The position numbers were made by a program, and so were the translations under genes. Positions 43,801-60,027 of a stretch of 64,000 nt of DNA are shown here, in pieces. The DNA comes from Lingula anatina (lineage: Eukaryota > Animalia > Brachiopoda): the NCBI GenBank assembly GCA_051362555.1, contig CM120640.1:62536788-62600787 (forward strand), read 5' to 3'. The first letter of the stretch is position 1. The number at the start of each line of letters is the position of its first letter. The notes under the pieces were generated by a model. That model ran no database searches and was not told the origin of the DNA. It saw only the letters and a list, made by a program, of their open reading frames with translations.

Positions 43801-46800
43801 TTAGGTTAAAGTATTTATTCACATGACACAGCAGTTGTGTTGGCTAAAAATATTCTGTTGTCTCCAAAATCGTATCCATTTAAGAAATTCAGCTCTGTCA
43901 AATAACTATCAATAAGATACATGCCATGAGGCTAAAGAACCACAAAGCAAGAAATTTTCCAGGCTAGCAAGTCTTACATTATAGACATTTTGCCAAATGA
44001 GAGCAGGAGTAATTTTTAAGAGTGAAGAGCAGATACCATACTACAATGACTCAAGACACTGACTAAATGACATAACCAGACAACCAGATTACACTAGAAG
44101 TACTAGCAACATCCTTCCATATGGTTTTAAACCTCATGTTAAGCAATGGGAAAGTCTGGCGAGGTAAATTAGTCTTTTCTGATCTAAGTTAGGACAGTTG
44201 AGAACATGCCTCGTTTACCCCCATTTTGTCCACATACCTTTCATCAGCATTAACCACCACCTGCTTGGTCTCTGGGTGATGTACAAACAGAGTGGCTCTG
44301 AGTCCATCCCTGGCCTGCTCTATCCTGGACTTCCAGTCACTAAACCACAGACTTTCAAAAGTCACCAAAGCTGTAGCCAGTCTGTTGTAGACTTTACACA
44401 CTCTGCCAAAGTCTTTGAGCTGCGTAATTGCTTTGTTTTCACGAAAGACCTTCATGGGGTCTTCTATACGTTTGAGCAGCTGCCTGGACCAGTGGATGGC
44501 TCCTGCCACTGGAGGAGCATTACGGAGCATCTGAGGGGCATCCTGATATGTATTTCAAAAACATCAATTTTTGATGTACAATACAACAGATACAATTAAG
44601 GGACTCTCCAAGAGAATTGGTTTCTGAGTTACACTCAAAGCAGATGAAATATAATACTTTCATGAGGAAATAAGATAAAGCGCTAAAACAAAATTAAATA
44701 TTAAAGGATCAAACCAGGATAGCAAGTTAATCATAATGATTATGTTAAATTCAGGCCAAAGTGAACAACAATGTAATGAAGACATATTAATGCCTTGCAC
44801 AGTGTCATTGCTAATTACCTTGTGTTTCTCATACATTTTTGCCACTTCTTCCAAATCTCCCTCATACCAGTTAAACATCTCAACAAATTTCTCACTTATC
44901 ACAGTTCGGATACCTGGACGGAACATGATTGGTGTAAATCTAGAAAAACAAGAAAAAAAAAAAGAAATTTCAAATAATACTTTCTATCACAAGTAAAGAT
45001 GCCATTTATAAACTAGAAGTCAAAAGGTGCAATGAATATAAACATCACAATTCTATAATAACTAAAAGATTAATTTCAAATTTAATTTATTTAAAAAACA
45101 TGTCTTGTATAGAACAAATATTATTAGTAGTCTAAGAGGCTGAATACATGCCCTTTAAACACATGACATAAATCACAGGACAATGCTTAGATTGAGACCA
45201 TATAATACTGAAGCAGTATAATTACCTGGTTATCACTTGTAGCCCCTCTTGTGTTTTCATTTTCCTCATGAACACAGCATTGAGGTAGGCCCCAAGGAAC
45301 TTCTCCAAGTCTTGCACAGTTAAGAGAAATCCTGTATAAGTTTCTTCAAATTTATCTTTGTCCTGCAAGAAAAGATCACAGAGTTAGTTTAGAGTAAAAA
45401 CTATCATGGATCAAATATTATACAAACAATGCTCTTCCCTTAACTATACATTATGGCTTCCCTTAACTATATATCATTTTAGTATCCACTTACTTACATG
45501 CACTTGATGTTGATTGCCGAATGTAAAAGAACTGAATCTTTTAATTCTTTATTTTAATTGTTCAGCTTTGGAAAACAAGTATGACTATTTATTAGGATTA
45601 TTACATTCAACTGCAACAAGTCAAATCCTGGAAGTTTTGTGCACTTAGAAACAGTGTATATTTTAGATCAACTGAGATTTGTGAAAAAATCAAATTGAAA
45701 TATTCTAAATACTCTTTGAGATGATTAAAACTGAATGTGAAGTGCCTTTAAAATAAGAAAATTTTAATAACTATAAGCAAATTTTAATGAGAATCTGTAA
45801 TTGTGCATTTTCTAATTGTGTTTGTGCTTGTAAATCCTGTTTATTTTCATTTTTTTCACTAAAAAGTATGTGTGAGACTTAGGATACTGCTAAAAAATCT
45901 GTGGGTGATTTTAGACTACTTTATACTAACATACTAGTGACAAAATAATCTTAAAGTGAGAAAGTGCTTATAAACTTGTTTCAAACTGGAATACTTAAGC
46001 TTCTGATTAAAATGCATGTCCACAAAGACAATAATATAAGTAAATAAATTAATCAAAAACTTATTTTGAATTTTAAAAAAATATGTCTGCCTTAAAATAA
46101 AAAAAACTAGAGGATCAGAGAGGCGATACTGCCTCCGAATATTGTACCACCAGCTGGAGCAAGCGCATTCGTATAGACCCCCACATACACAAAATAAGGG
46201 ACACAGCCACCAGTCTTGTGCTTGACAAGCTGTAAAAATGCAATCAACAAGAATTTTCAAAATATGCAAAAAATATTTATAACTAAAAATGGTACAATCA
46301 AATTTAAGTTCATCGTAAGGTAGGTCAAAGGTCAATTTCAAGGTCACAGTAAATTGCCAGTATATGACTTCCTATTCAAGTTCAATAGTAACTATGGACC
46401 TATCTCTGCCAGGTTTGGAGTTAAAAGAGAAAGAAATTAGCAGAGTTCAGTTCATGATAATAAGTAGGTCAAAGGTCAATTTTAAGGTCACATTTAGATT
46501 GCCAGTATATGACTTCCTATTCAAGTTCAATAGTAACTATGGACCTATCTCTGCCAGTTTTGGAGATAAAAGGGAAGCAAAATTTGCAAAGTTCAGTTCA
46601 TAGTGAAAAGAAGGTCAAAGGTCAATTTCAAGGTCACATTTAGATTGCCAGTATATGATCTCCTATTCAAGTTCAATAGTAACTATGGACCTATCTCTCC
46701 TAGTTTTGGAGATAAAAGGGGACAAAATTTGCAAAGTTCAGTTCATGGTGAAAAGTAGGTCAAAGGTCAATTTCAAGGTCACGTTTAGATTGCCAGTATA

Positions 46801-49800
46801 TGACTTCCTAGTCAACTTCAATAGTAACTATGGACCTATCTCTGCCAGTTTTGGAGATAAAAGGGAAGCAAAATTTGCAAAGTTCAGTTCATGGTGAAAA
46901 GTAGGTCAAAGGTCAATTTCAAGGCCACAGTAAGATTGCCAGTATATGACTTCCTATTCAACTTCAATAGTAACTATGGACCTATCTCTGCCAGTTTTGG
47001 AGATATAAGGCAAACAAAATTTGCAAAGGTCAATTCATGATAAAAAGTAGGTCAAAGGTCAATTTCAAGGCCAGTATATGACCTCCTATTCAAGTTCAAT
47101 AGTAACTATGGACCTATCTCTCCTAGTTTTGGAGATAAAAGGGAAGCAAAATTTGCAAAGTTCAGTTCATGGTGAAAAGTAGGTCAAAGGTCAATTTCAA
47201 GGTCACATTTAGATTGCCAGTATATGACTTCCTATTCAACTTCAATAGTAACTATGGACCTATCTCTGCCAGTTTTGGAGATAAAAGGGAAGCAAAATTT
47301 GCAAAGTTCAGTTCATGGTGAAAAGTAGGTCAAAGGTCAATTTCAAGGTCACAGTAAGATTGCCAGTTTATGACTTCCTATTCAACTTCAATAGTAACTA
47401 TGGACCTATCTCTGCCAGTTTTGGAGATATAAGGGACTAAATGTTATAATTTTGGAGTTACCTTAATGTGCCATAAATTTCCTACAGAAAAAATTAATTA
47501 AAATAAAAAAAAGGTCATTTTGGTCACTATTCTTGAAATGGGAGGTGCTCTGAAGTTCCAGAAGTTCAAATTTGATGAAATAATGTCATTTTTGACCACA
47601 AGTTGTCTGCTTTGCCAAGCCTTATGTTTTATTTTTCCAGAGTTTAAAATTTATTATCCATTACCGTACTGCACATTTTGCTTTCACCACCAATATGTAC
47701 TTTTTGATACAGCATAACTTGTATGGAATACAAAAAAACGGAGACCACCTCCAGTGTTGGGCTTTACATGCTCTACAAAATGCAAAAAAGAATGGGTCTC
47801 TAGCATTAACGGTTCCTGAATTAGAGACAGTTTTCAGTTTCGGTATCTTATGGCCGCTACTCCCGTGAAAATGCACCGATTGACCCCAAATTTACGGAGA
47901 TGAAAGATGACCTGAAGGGTAACATTTTCCAATAATATTATTGGTTAAGTCTGTGTGGTGTCTGAATAACAGCGCAAATAATTTTTTTTTCGTAAAAAAA
48001 TTTTTTTTTTTGAAAATTTTGGCCCGTTTGACCTTGAAATAAAGGTCAAAGGTCAAATCCAAGGGCATATTTGAAATCCACACATATGACTTTTGGAAAG
48101 CCGTCTGTAGAAATTTTTCCCATAATTCCTTCCGTAGGGTAGATAATTAGCATTTAATTTTGCCATTTTTAGACAAGGGTGCATTGCAATGAGTGCCACA
48201 CCTAGACCCCAATATCGACAAAGCCCAAATTTTACGTGGAACGAGTTGAGATTATAGGTGACCTAAATCCAAGAGATGGGTATGGGGGCCCTTACCGTCT
48301 AGGAGGAGAAGCGGTAACGGTAACATGGCCACGGAGCTGGCGGAGCCGGCGGAATGGACCAGACGGGACTAAAACCATGTGTACCGCCAGCACTAACGCT
48401 GGTGGTACAATTAAATCCCCAAACAGAAATCAACTCAACAGCATATTTTGTGTCACAAGAAACCATTTCAAAAATTAAACATAAATACATAACTGAAACT
48501 TTATTTCAAAGTAAATAAATGAGAAAATAGCTGCTAACAGATGAAAAAAAAAAGATTAAGTCAACAACTGTGCCCAGTGGTGATGTGCTCTTACCATGGT
48601 AGGTGAAGCCCTGTACAGGGCTACCAAATCATTATCAAACTGATATAAAAAAAATAATAAAAACATATTTCAGTAAGTACAGCTAAGCATTCTTTTTGAA
48701 AAAATATCATTCCACAACACCATATATGAAAATCTGATTTCATGGATATAAAGACAGTTTTGTTAAAATGAACCACAAAACAACACATGGCGTTAGTTAA
48801 ATGATACACAAGCTACTATTTGACATTTTAAAGTATGGTAGGATAATAGGACTACAGGACTACATTAACATTGTTTATTAACCAAAAACATGCTTGATCC
48901 TTACCTTTGACTCTACATCTAACATAGTCTTTGTAGTCACACTCTCTGCCATGAGTTTGGCCATTTTCTGGGAGTGGTCTCTTACCACGGCAGCCACACT
49001 GGGACCCTCTGCAGTCTCTGAGTCTTCTGGGTAATATTGTCCTGAACATAGAGGTAAAAATGTGAAAATGTGACTTGACACCAGGAAATGTCCTTTGGAT
49101 ACAAAAGCTAGTAATACCACATCTGAAAGCTGCTGGGCTCAAGTTATAAACCGAAATACTTACAACAATAACACACTGTTCTTTATCCGTTATGATCCTC
49201 AGAGATACTAAGACACTGCTGCACAATATCTGATTAATCCATGTTACCCATAAGATATATTCTTTTGATCCAAATGTCAATTCTTTTCAAACCAGCTTCA
49301 AAATCTTGACCTGGTAACATCCAAATTCAATAAAATGTTACGTTCCAAGTGCTGTATTCATAGTTATCAGACTGAAATCACATCAACAGAAAAACAGCCA
49401 ACAGAAGCATAAATTATTGTTAGAATAACATCACATTGTGTTACAACTTACTCAGAATCTTGGCATCTTCCTTGGTCAGCCCCTGTTGCCCCTCTGAGTC
49501 ATGGCTCTCATCATGATGGCGTCTTGTATGCTTGGGGGTCTGCTTCTCACGGCTGTCGACCATCATAGCAAGCTCCTCCTCCTCATCTTCATCTATCACA
49601 TTGAGTGGAGGACCACCATGATCACTGGGAGGTTTGTACTTTGAGGGAGATTGGGGCACTAAAATAATGAGGTACAACATTTAAATAATTATGTTAATTT
49701 TGGCTCTTTATTGATGCTTTTCAATGCAAAATAAGCATAATGGAAAAGGCATTGGATAAAATTTTCAAACATCTATAAATGCAAAGCATTTCTTTAATAA

Positions 49801-52800
49801 AAACTAGTGTGCCTGCTACCTTTAACTTTTCACAAGCATGCACACGTGTGCACACACGCACACAAACATACACAAATTCACACCCACTTCAGACTCTATC
49901 TAACTGCACATACCATCATCCTGAGACCCAGTGTCTTCATCATCACTGAGATCTCCATCATAAGCCATGTCATCTCTCCTGGGGCGAGGCAGACCATCAG
50001 TACTGATCAGCATCCTACAACACAAATTACCATTCACCATTAGGAACGCTTTGGTTCAAATAGACTGTAAGTGTTGAAAGTCACCTCAACATGGATTTAA
50101 AACATTGACATCATCTTAAGCTTGTATGAATTATGTTGGGATGAAAAATATTTCAGGTATTTTGGAACTTGAAATATATAAAAGAATTCCAAAACAGGGG
50201 TGTCAATAAGCAAAGTATTTTATACAAATAATGTGATTAAAAAAAGATTGCTCAATGATAGGAGTTTGATGTGTATTAGTACAAGTTATTGACTTTACAG
50301 CAGAGATTAATACAAATTGAGGTTACAAAAAGCAACAGGAAGTGAGGTTAACTTACTTTTGATATTGTGATAATGTGTTGATCACATCAATCATTTGTCT
50401 GATGCGTCCACAGAAGGCATCCATGTGACCTAAGATGGCCTCCTCATCAGCCATGGCGACCCCATGACCTTCATGATCTCCAGCCAATGAGGATGATCTC
50501 TTTGAGGGAGGCCCTCCTCCTGGCGTCAATCGTGACCCCTTTGCTTTAGGGCGGCTAAAAAAATTGATTTTTTATTAATTCAAACTTATAACAGTTTCAA
50601 TTATACCAAACTAATTGATGTTTTTTTCAAGATAAAAACGGAAACTGCTCTGAGGTATGATAAAATAGTACATGTACATATCTTATCCAGGTGATCTGGT
50701 GAATGGAAACTTGGCCTCATAGCACTGCAGCAACTGGGCTCCATCTCAGGTAGAGGACTTTACCTCCAGCATTACCAACCATCTCATGATACGAATGTAG
50801 CTTTAAACCTCTTTAATATATATATATATAGATTGAATAAATATTTTACAACAGATAAATAGATTAGTGTTTCCTACCTCCCAGACACACTGCCAGGTGG
50901 GCCACCTATGCTGCTCATTGAGGGGAAATGTGACAGATTGTGTGCTACTCCCAGGGAGTCTCTGAGAGACCTCAAAGACTCTCGGTATGCACTCTGTAGG
51001 GTCAAACAAGCTCTCAATCTGCCATACAAAGTGTCATCTTCTTCTCCACTGGTTTTTGTTGCTCTAGGTCTACCTCTTGAGGCCTGCCATGGAGAAAATA
51101 CACATTTACAAGCATGTGACAAGTATGCTTTAAACTTGAAAAGCCGATTTTAAAACACATACATTAAGTACAAATACACAGCTTTCTCATTAAGTTCTGG
51201 TAAAGAATGTATGGTCTACTCCATCAAAGATAAACTACAAACAGTCTTTAAATATTTTTACCGTCTTGAAGGTTCCACCATGTTTTATTTTATTTTGCCT
51301 TGAATAACATAGACTTAATAATAATAATCAACATATGCAGAATTTTACCTTTAGTTTACTTTGCACCAGTTCTCTGAGGTGCTTCTGCTGTGGGTCTGTT
51401 GTGTTACTGAAGTCTCTGTGTTGTACTTCTAGCCTTACTAACTCCCACAGTTCATCCACATCCTCATCACTAACAGTGTTGTCTTTAATGTACTCCTTAC
51501 ATATCAAGACCATCTGGTTGGTAACCTGAAAACAGTATACAAATTGTATATATCATTTGAAAATGACTATGACATGAAAACATTTACACATAAATCCATT
51601 AGATATTGTTCACAAATGACTGAAATTTAGATTATCTAAAACAGGCAAATTTCAACATGGATGAAAGGAAGAAAGAATGCAGCTAGATGTGTGAAACCCT
51701 TTAGCTATAAGGCGGGTTCAGACAGGAACATTTAGAACAAATTCAAGGGGAACAAGGACTTTTTAGGCTCTAATTCAATAATTTTTCAGGATGTTTCAAA
51801 TGCAAATGAGAACTATGTACTAGTTCTGTCATTTATAATTGTACATACCAAAGAAAAAAGAAAAGTTTTATTCCAAATAAACTGCATATTTTAGCACACT
51901 GATGATGAACATCAAAAGAATGAATTTAAATGATGTTCAAAAAGTGTATTCTCCCCTTCTATGAATTATTGTCTAAATTCAGGTTAAAACCACAAGATTT
52001 GAACTTATTTTGACAAATTGCTTTGTGATCAAATTCAAGTACTTCTTTAAAGGACAAAAATGATGGAATACAAGACCTTTTTGACACTAATTGCAATTTC
52101 AAGTACTTTTCAAGGCCACAAACCGAATTCAAGGTAAAGGGATAAATTCAAGTACTTTCAAGACTGCATGAACTCTGTATAATGTAGTTACAATTCTCTT
52201 ATTCCCAACATTTTATGAATATTTGAATCATCATCCAAAATCTCTTATTCCCAACATTTTATGAATATTTGAATCATCATCCAAAATCATACAAAAACTA
52301 CCACTAATCAATTTTGTTTCTAATTCAGTAAGCATAGAAACAGTTACTGGCTGGCAATGGTTACCTTTGTAAAGAAGAGTCCAAGGAAGCCTCCCCTTGC
52401 ATAGAACCTAGAGATAGAGTCCATCTGTTTGATTGTGTTCATCAGTCCTGGTAAAGCTGTGTTCAGCACATTAAATGGTGTGGCATCATTGTACAATTGG
52501 TCAATATGCCGCTTCAGTGACTCCAGGTATTTCACTTTGTCCTTGGTTTCATTCATAGCATCTGTGATTCTGAAATTTCAACAATTGTGTTAACATTTTC
52601 GTATAAAGTATTTTACATTTTATCGTTATAAAGAGTGTTATGATCTTATTAGCTACTGTTTGAAAAATTCAACAAAATAACAAGTATACTTTAAAGCACC
52701 TGCATACAAAAATTTTAACAATTTTGCAACAAGATTATAATTATATGTGTAGATAAAATAATCAGAATTCCTCCTCTCTTATCAATCTCAAGAGCAGGCT

Positions 52801-54049
52801 TAAACAGAGAAATTATATTAACACAGCCCAAACTTTTTATCTCAATTATGGACAAGTTTTTACCCAGCATCAACTGCTTTCCATTTTTTCAGCAGTCTAG
52901 ATTTAGCAGTGATGAGAACACCTATGACTGCCTTGCACTCCTTGCCCTTCAACTGCTCTGTGATACTGGTCAGAAGCCTCTGACGCCTGCGCCAGCGGTC
53001 AAGCTCAGACAGGGGACCAGCATTAGGATCCATGAACCTATGAAATAAAGAACAATTTGTATCAATACACTTTATTTTTCTCAATGCAACAGAAACCATT
53101 TCAGTTATGGCAAATAAACTAAACAATATTCAAATATTAAGAACAAAGCACCTTTCATCAGATGTGTCAGTTAGAATCCCTTCTATTGTGCTCATCCAGT
53201 CAGTGACCAGTTCTTCATATTCAGCAATAATACTCTGATCCAGGGCAGCAAGTCGGTGTTGCTTGAAATCATTGCTAATAAGGTGCTCAGGTTGCCTTAG
53301 CATCTGCAAAGATTTTGGTGAGCAATAATATACACACACTTTGATGATATTTAAAATAATAAAATTATTCCTTAAGTTAATTTGGTTACGTGATTTCACT
53401 ATGATGTGCCTGGTTGAATAAGAAGTTAATGAACAATGGTAAGTAACCCATATCATTCAACATGTAGATTCAAGCTCCATTTTCACATAATGCAATACTT
53501 AAAAAGAGGTGAAAAGGTACTCACCAGCTGCTTGGAAGCGTGAACACTAGAGGCCGATTCAGAGAGCGAGTTTTGAAATTTTTCCATATTAGATAACAGC
53601 TGAACTTGGCAATCCTCTGTGCAATTACCCCATTCTTTTTGTGCTTTAACTAGTGGAATATAAATATCAGTCAGGAGAGCATTTAAGCACTCTAAAGTTC
53701 CAGTCTTCAGTTCTCCACAGTAAACATCTTTCTCGATGCGGGATGCGTCGACCTCTTGTTCTACGTTGTACCGAAGAAAGTACAAAATATTTACACCATC
53801 TAAATCCGTATCTTTCAGTGTCGCCAGACTTCTTGTCAAGTGTAACTCTCGTGTGGAAAGCGTCCCTGATGCTGGTTTGTCACTGTAGAAAAACAGCCTG
53901 CATAGACCACCCGCATGAAGGAAATCGTTTATTATCTCCATAGTCTCCTCTACGATCAGAAAGTCTTCCAACAAAGTCGGGTTGTCAAACCCCCCAATGT
54001 GGAAGCTTTCCTGGATCTTCCCTGCAATCCACCAATGTCTTTCGTCCAT
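635..54049 (-). CDS. Axonemal dynein heavy chain, outer-arm gamma type (DNAH5/DNAH8-like, divergent); 3' end lies beyond the left edge
   Basis: ATG at 54049 in gcaccATGg context. 88 GT-AG exons traced with consistent phases (14,700 nt, no stops). N-terminus [16 protein letters not shown]...GPLSELDRW...[15 protein letters not shown] resembles gamma-type heavy chains. Motifs: [29 protein letters not shown]-loops [30 protein letters not shown], stalk [26 protein letters not shown]. Confidence 0.96.
9029..15376 (-). CDS. Dynein HC exons 65-74 (stalk CC1, microtubule-binding domain, CC2)
   Basis: Exons 15126-15376, 14682-14827, 14172-14394, 13009-13152, 12678-12758, 12188-12420, 11383-11409, 10123-10173, 9347-9546, 9029-9157. 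Motifs [38 protein letters not shown]. The two smallest exons are less certain. Confidence 0.87.
11034..11066 (-). CDS. Candidate 33-nt microexon in stalk CC2 ([11 protein letters not shown])
   Basis: ttaaag acceptor (weak), AAG/gttggg donor, phase 0/0, helix-like peptide. Confidence 0.35.
13824..13874 (-). CDS. Candidate microexon in MTBD flap ([17 protein letters not shown])
   Basis: gtttag acceptor, CAG/gtggat donor, 51 nt, phase 1/1 matching host intron, open frame. Confidence 0.6.
15612..21723 (-). CDS. Dynein HC exons 50-64 (AAA3 and AAA4)
   Basis: Exons 21609-21723, 21243-21341, 20942-21042, 20489-20638, 20023-20097, 19552-19722, 19056-19208, 18550-18657, 18030-18196, 17555-17741, 17209-17316, 16779-16918, 16407-16535, 15890-16099, 15612-15752. 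Motifs [62 protein letters not shown]. Confidence 0.93.
21921..28274 (-). CDS. Dynein HC exons 37-49 (AAA1 and AAA2)
   Basis: Exons 28078-28274, 27767-27865, 27381-27518, 26724-27144, 26333-26481, 25708-25909, 25283-25542, 24981-25067, 24606-24713, 24283-24369, 22981-23045, 22443-22646, 21921-22071. Motifs [62 protein letters not shown]. Confidence 0.94.
22720..22843. repeat. Compound (TACA)n/(TA)n microsatellite
   Basis: Directly visible. Confidence 0.97.
28590..34783 (-). CDS. Dynein HC exons 27-36 (neck and linker, DHC_N2)
   Basis: Exons 34652-34783, 34296-34405, 33757-34117, 33430-33522, 33015-33214, 32508-32709, 30064-30198, 29653-29787, 29288-29512, 28590-28698. Motifs [53 protein letters not shown]. 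Confidence 0.93.
28873..29161. mobile_element. MITE-like element (~290 bp) in dynein intron
   Basis: Imperfect ~25-bp terminal inverted repeats tact-cccgcacaaaaatgcagtgg / ctactgcgttttcgtgcgggcagta, TA at both ends, internal GCAGTAG and GCATATTTGCAGTA repeats. Confidence 0.75.
31089..31166 (-). CDS. Candidate cassette (or alternative first) exon in dynein linker insertion ([26 protein letters not shown])
   Basis: cacag acceptor with weak pyrimidine tract, strong gtaagt donor, 78 nt, phase 0/0. Confidence 0.6.
31430..31702. repeat. Diverged ~138-bp tandem duplication
   Basis: aaatgaattagttcaaatcaaatttgtttta...tatgctacacaa..gagtcacaa occurs twice in tandem. Confidence 0.85.
34971..45362 (-). 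CDS. Dynein HC exons 11-26 (tail)
   Basis: Exons 45226-45362, 44819-44939, 44238-44542, 43524-43783, 43015-43169, 42537-42662, 42057-42131, 40060-40174, 39458-39722, 37431-37543, 37158-37262, 36513-36805, 36174-36349, 35779-35935, 35342-35554, 34971-35084. Motifs [39 protein letters not shown]. Confidence 0.9.
41143..41268 (-). CDS. Candidate cassette exon in dynein tail (42 aa, [42 protein letters not shown])
   Basis: ttccag acceptor, gttatt donor, 126 nt, phase 0/0 matching host intron, purine-rich and stop-free. Confidence 0.6.
46107..48413 (-). mobile_element. Non-autonomous Helentron-associated element (HINE / DINE-1-like) in dynein intron 10
   Basis: 14-bp subterminal inverted repeats ATTGTACCACCAGC (46141-46154) / GCTGGTGGTACAAT (48398-48411). 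Hairpin at 48380-48409 with an adjacent CCGT/CCGC-like microsatellite. GAGGC-n6-GCCTC stem-loop (46120-46135) then CTAG and a T run on the minus strand. Internal tandem array, no Rep/helicase ORF. Confidence 0.85.
46322..47435. repeat. Tandem array of ~146-bp monomers (about 7.7 copies) inside the HINE
   Basis: AGGTCAAAGGTCAATT anchors at 46322, 46466, 46612, 46757, 46903, 47049, 47181, 47327 (spacing 144,146,145,146,146,132,146). Confidence 0.95.
48905..54049 (-). CDS. Dynein HC exons 1-10 (N-terminal tail, DHC_N1 start plus low-complexity insertions)
   Basis: Exons 53525-54049, 53152-53303, 52864-53037, 52365-52569, 51349-51525, 50878-51083, 50357-50554, 49914-50014, 49452-49658, 48905-49041; all GT-AG, phases chain correctly. 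Confidence 0.9.
51711..52178. mobile_element. Degraded MITE-like relic
   Basis: Weak inverted ends (gcgggttcagacag / ctgcatgaactctg) and repeated AATTCAAG / ACTTT(T)CAAG motifs. Confidence 0.4.
52195..52286. repeat. Perfect 46-bp tandem duplication
   Basis: tctcttattcccaacattttatgaatatttgaatcatcatccaaaa x2. Confidence 0.95.
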
Positions 54050-54143
54050 GGTGCTATTGAATGTTGTTGAATTATTAGTTTTTATATGTCATTTACACGT
54101 TTAGGGTGCTATATTTGAGTATCCGTCGAAAAAAGCTACTGTA

Positions 54144-54199
54144 TGTTTACCGTGCTGCATCCCTCTAACCCCCGCCATTTTGAATGTTGTTGGAAACAG
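54144..54199 (-). promoter_or_regulatory. Putative dynein proximal promoter/5' leader: forkhead site, YY1 motif, X-box-like site
   Basis: TGTTTAC 54144-54150; CGCCATTTT ~54173-54181; GTTGTTGGAAAC 54186-54197 (imperfect RFX spacing). Confidence 0.4.
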
Positions 54200-55098
54200 A
54201 GTGCCCGGATTTCACAGGCATTAGTAGGCAGATTTTAATAAAAAATACTCATTATTACCAATAATATCAATTAAACATAATAAGATAAAATATTATAATT
54301 TATGTAATAAATAATTATTGCATTAAAAATAATTTGATATTATGATGAAAGGGTTACTAATACAAAATGACCACATGCCTGTGAAGTATATTCCCACCTG
54401 CAACCACCAGGTGTCTAGGCAGCAAACAAGACGATCCACAGCCAGTGCTTTTTGAAAGGTGTGTATCTTAGTGAAGTTAGTCAAGTGCTGTTCATTCGCT
54501 TAACGTTTTGTTTTCTAAGAATAATTAGACTGTTTCAAAATTAAATACTTGTCATATAAACAGCCCCATAAAGACATAACATATGAAAAAAAAAAAAAAA
54601 AAACAGGATATCCCAAGTGCTAAATTTTTAACTTTAATTTTAATCCAGAATGAGTCAAACTTTTTTATTTTATTTTATTTTATTTTTTTTTACAGATTAA
54701 GGGAGTTTTATTTTTAATCTAGTTCCACTGATTAATTATTCATGTAGTAACTATACTGTACACTTGTATACATATGATTTTCTATGAGCTTATGGAAAAG
54801 CAATGCATAAATATATAAATATATAAAAATATATATGTGCCCAGGTAAACGATGTTTAGAAAAAATTATGGCGTAAAAGTGTAAAACGCTAGATGTGCAT
54901 ATGATATGCCACCTCAGCTTCAACGTTGATTGAAGTCCTGGGGACGATTTTTTATGATTTCCCCTTTATATCGTTCTTTTTTAACCAAGAAAAGTAGTTT
55001 CTTCCTTGGTCAAAGTAAGAACTTGTCTTCCCCGAAACCACCCGTTGAACGAATCACTTAAAAATATTTTCTTGAAGGGAATCCCTTGATAGTTAGTC

Positions 55099-55185
55099 TA
55101 CGTCATTTGGGGAAACACCGCGTTGCCCGATATGGAGTACGCACACAGTGATGACGTCATTCACAAGCAAGTTGACGTTCACGTC
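55099..55185 (+). promoter_or_regulatory. CRE/ATF site cluster in RCAN proximal promoter
   Basis: Perfect TGACGTCA at 55152-55159 (10-bp palindrome ATGACGTCAT); half sites CGTCA 55101-55105 and TGACG 55173-55177; locally CpG-rich. Confidence 0.65.
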
Positions 55186-55333
55186 GAAAAACAACACAAC
55201 TTTTTGTGTTTTCCACAAGATTTTGTGAATATCACCGATTGTTTTTTACTGGAAGTTGAAGCTGCACAAAAAGTAATGTAGTGTGCTGTTCTCGTCGAAG
55301 AGGTGTCTATCAGTAGCTATCATAAATCTAGAA

Positions 55334-60027
<4,694 letters not shown>

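Noticed and set aside
12069-44599. Many plus-strand ORFs over the dynein gene
   Set aside because: Antisense shadows of dynein exons with no independent splice chain or homology.
46322-47435. CRISPR-like regular repeats and repeated ORFs (46364, 46655)
   Set aside because: Whole monomers repeat with no unique spacers, there are no cas genes and the context is eukaryotic. The ORFs are by-products of the repeat.
635-54049. Pseudogene status or non-canonical (GC-AG, AT-AC) introns for the dynein
   Set aside because: All traced junctions are GT-AG and the frame is continuous over 14,700 nt.
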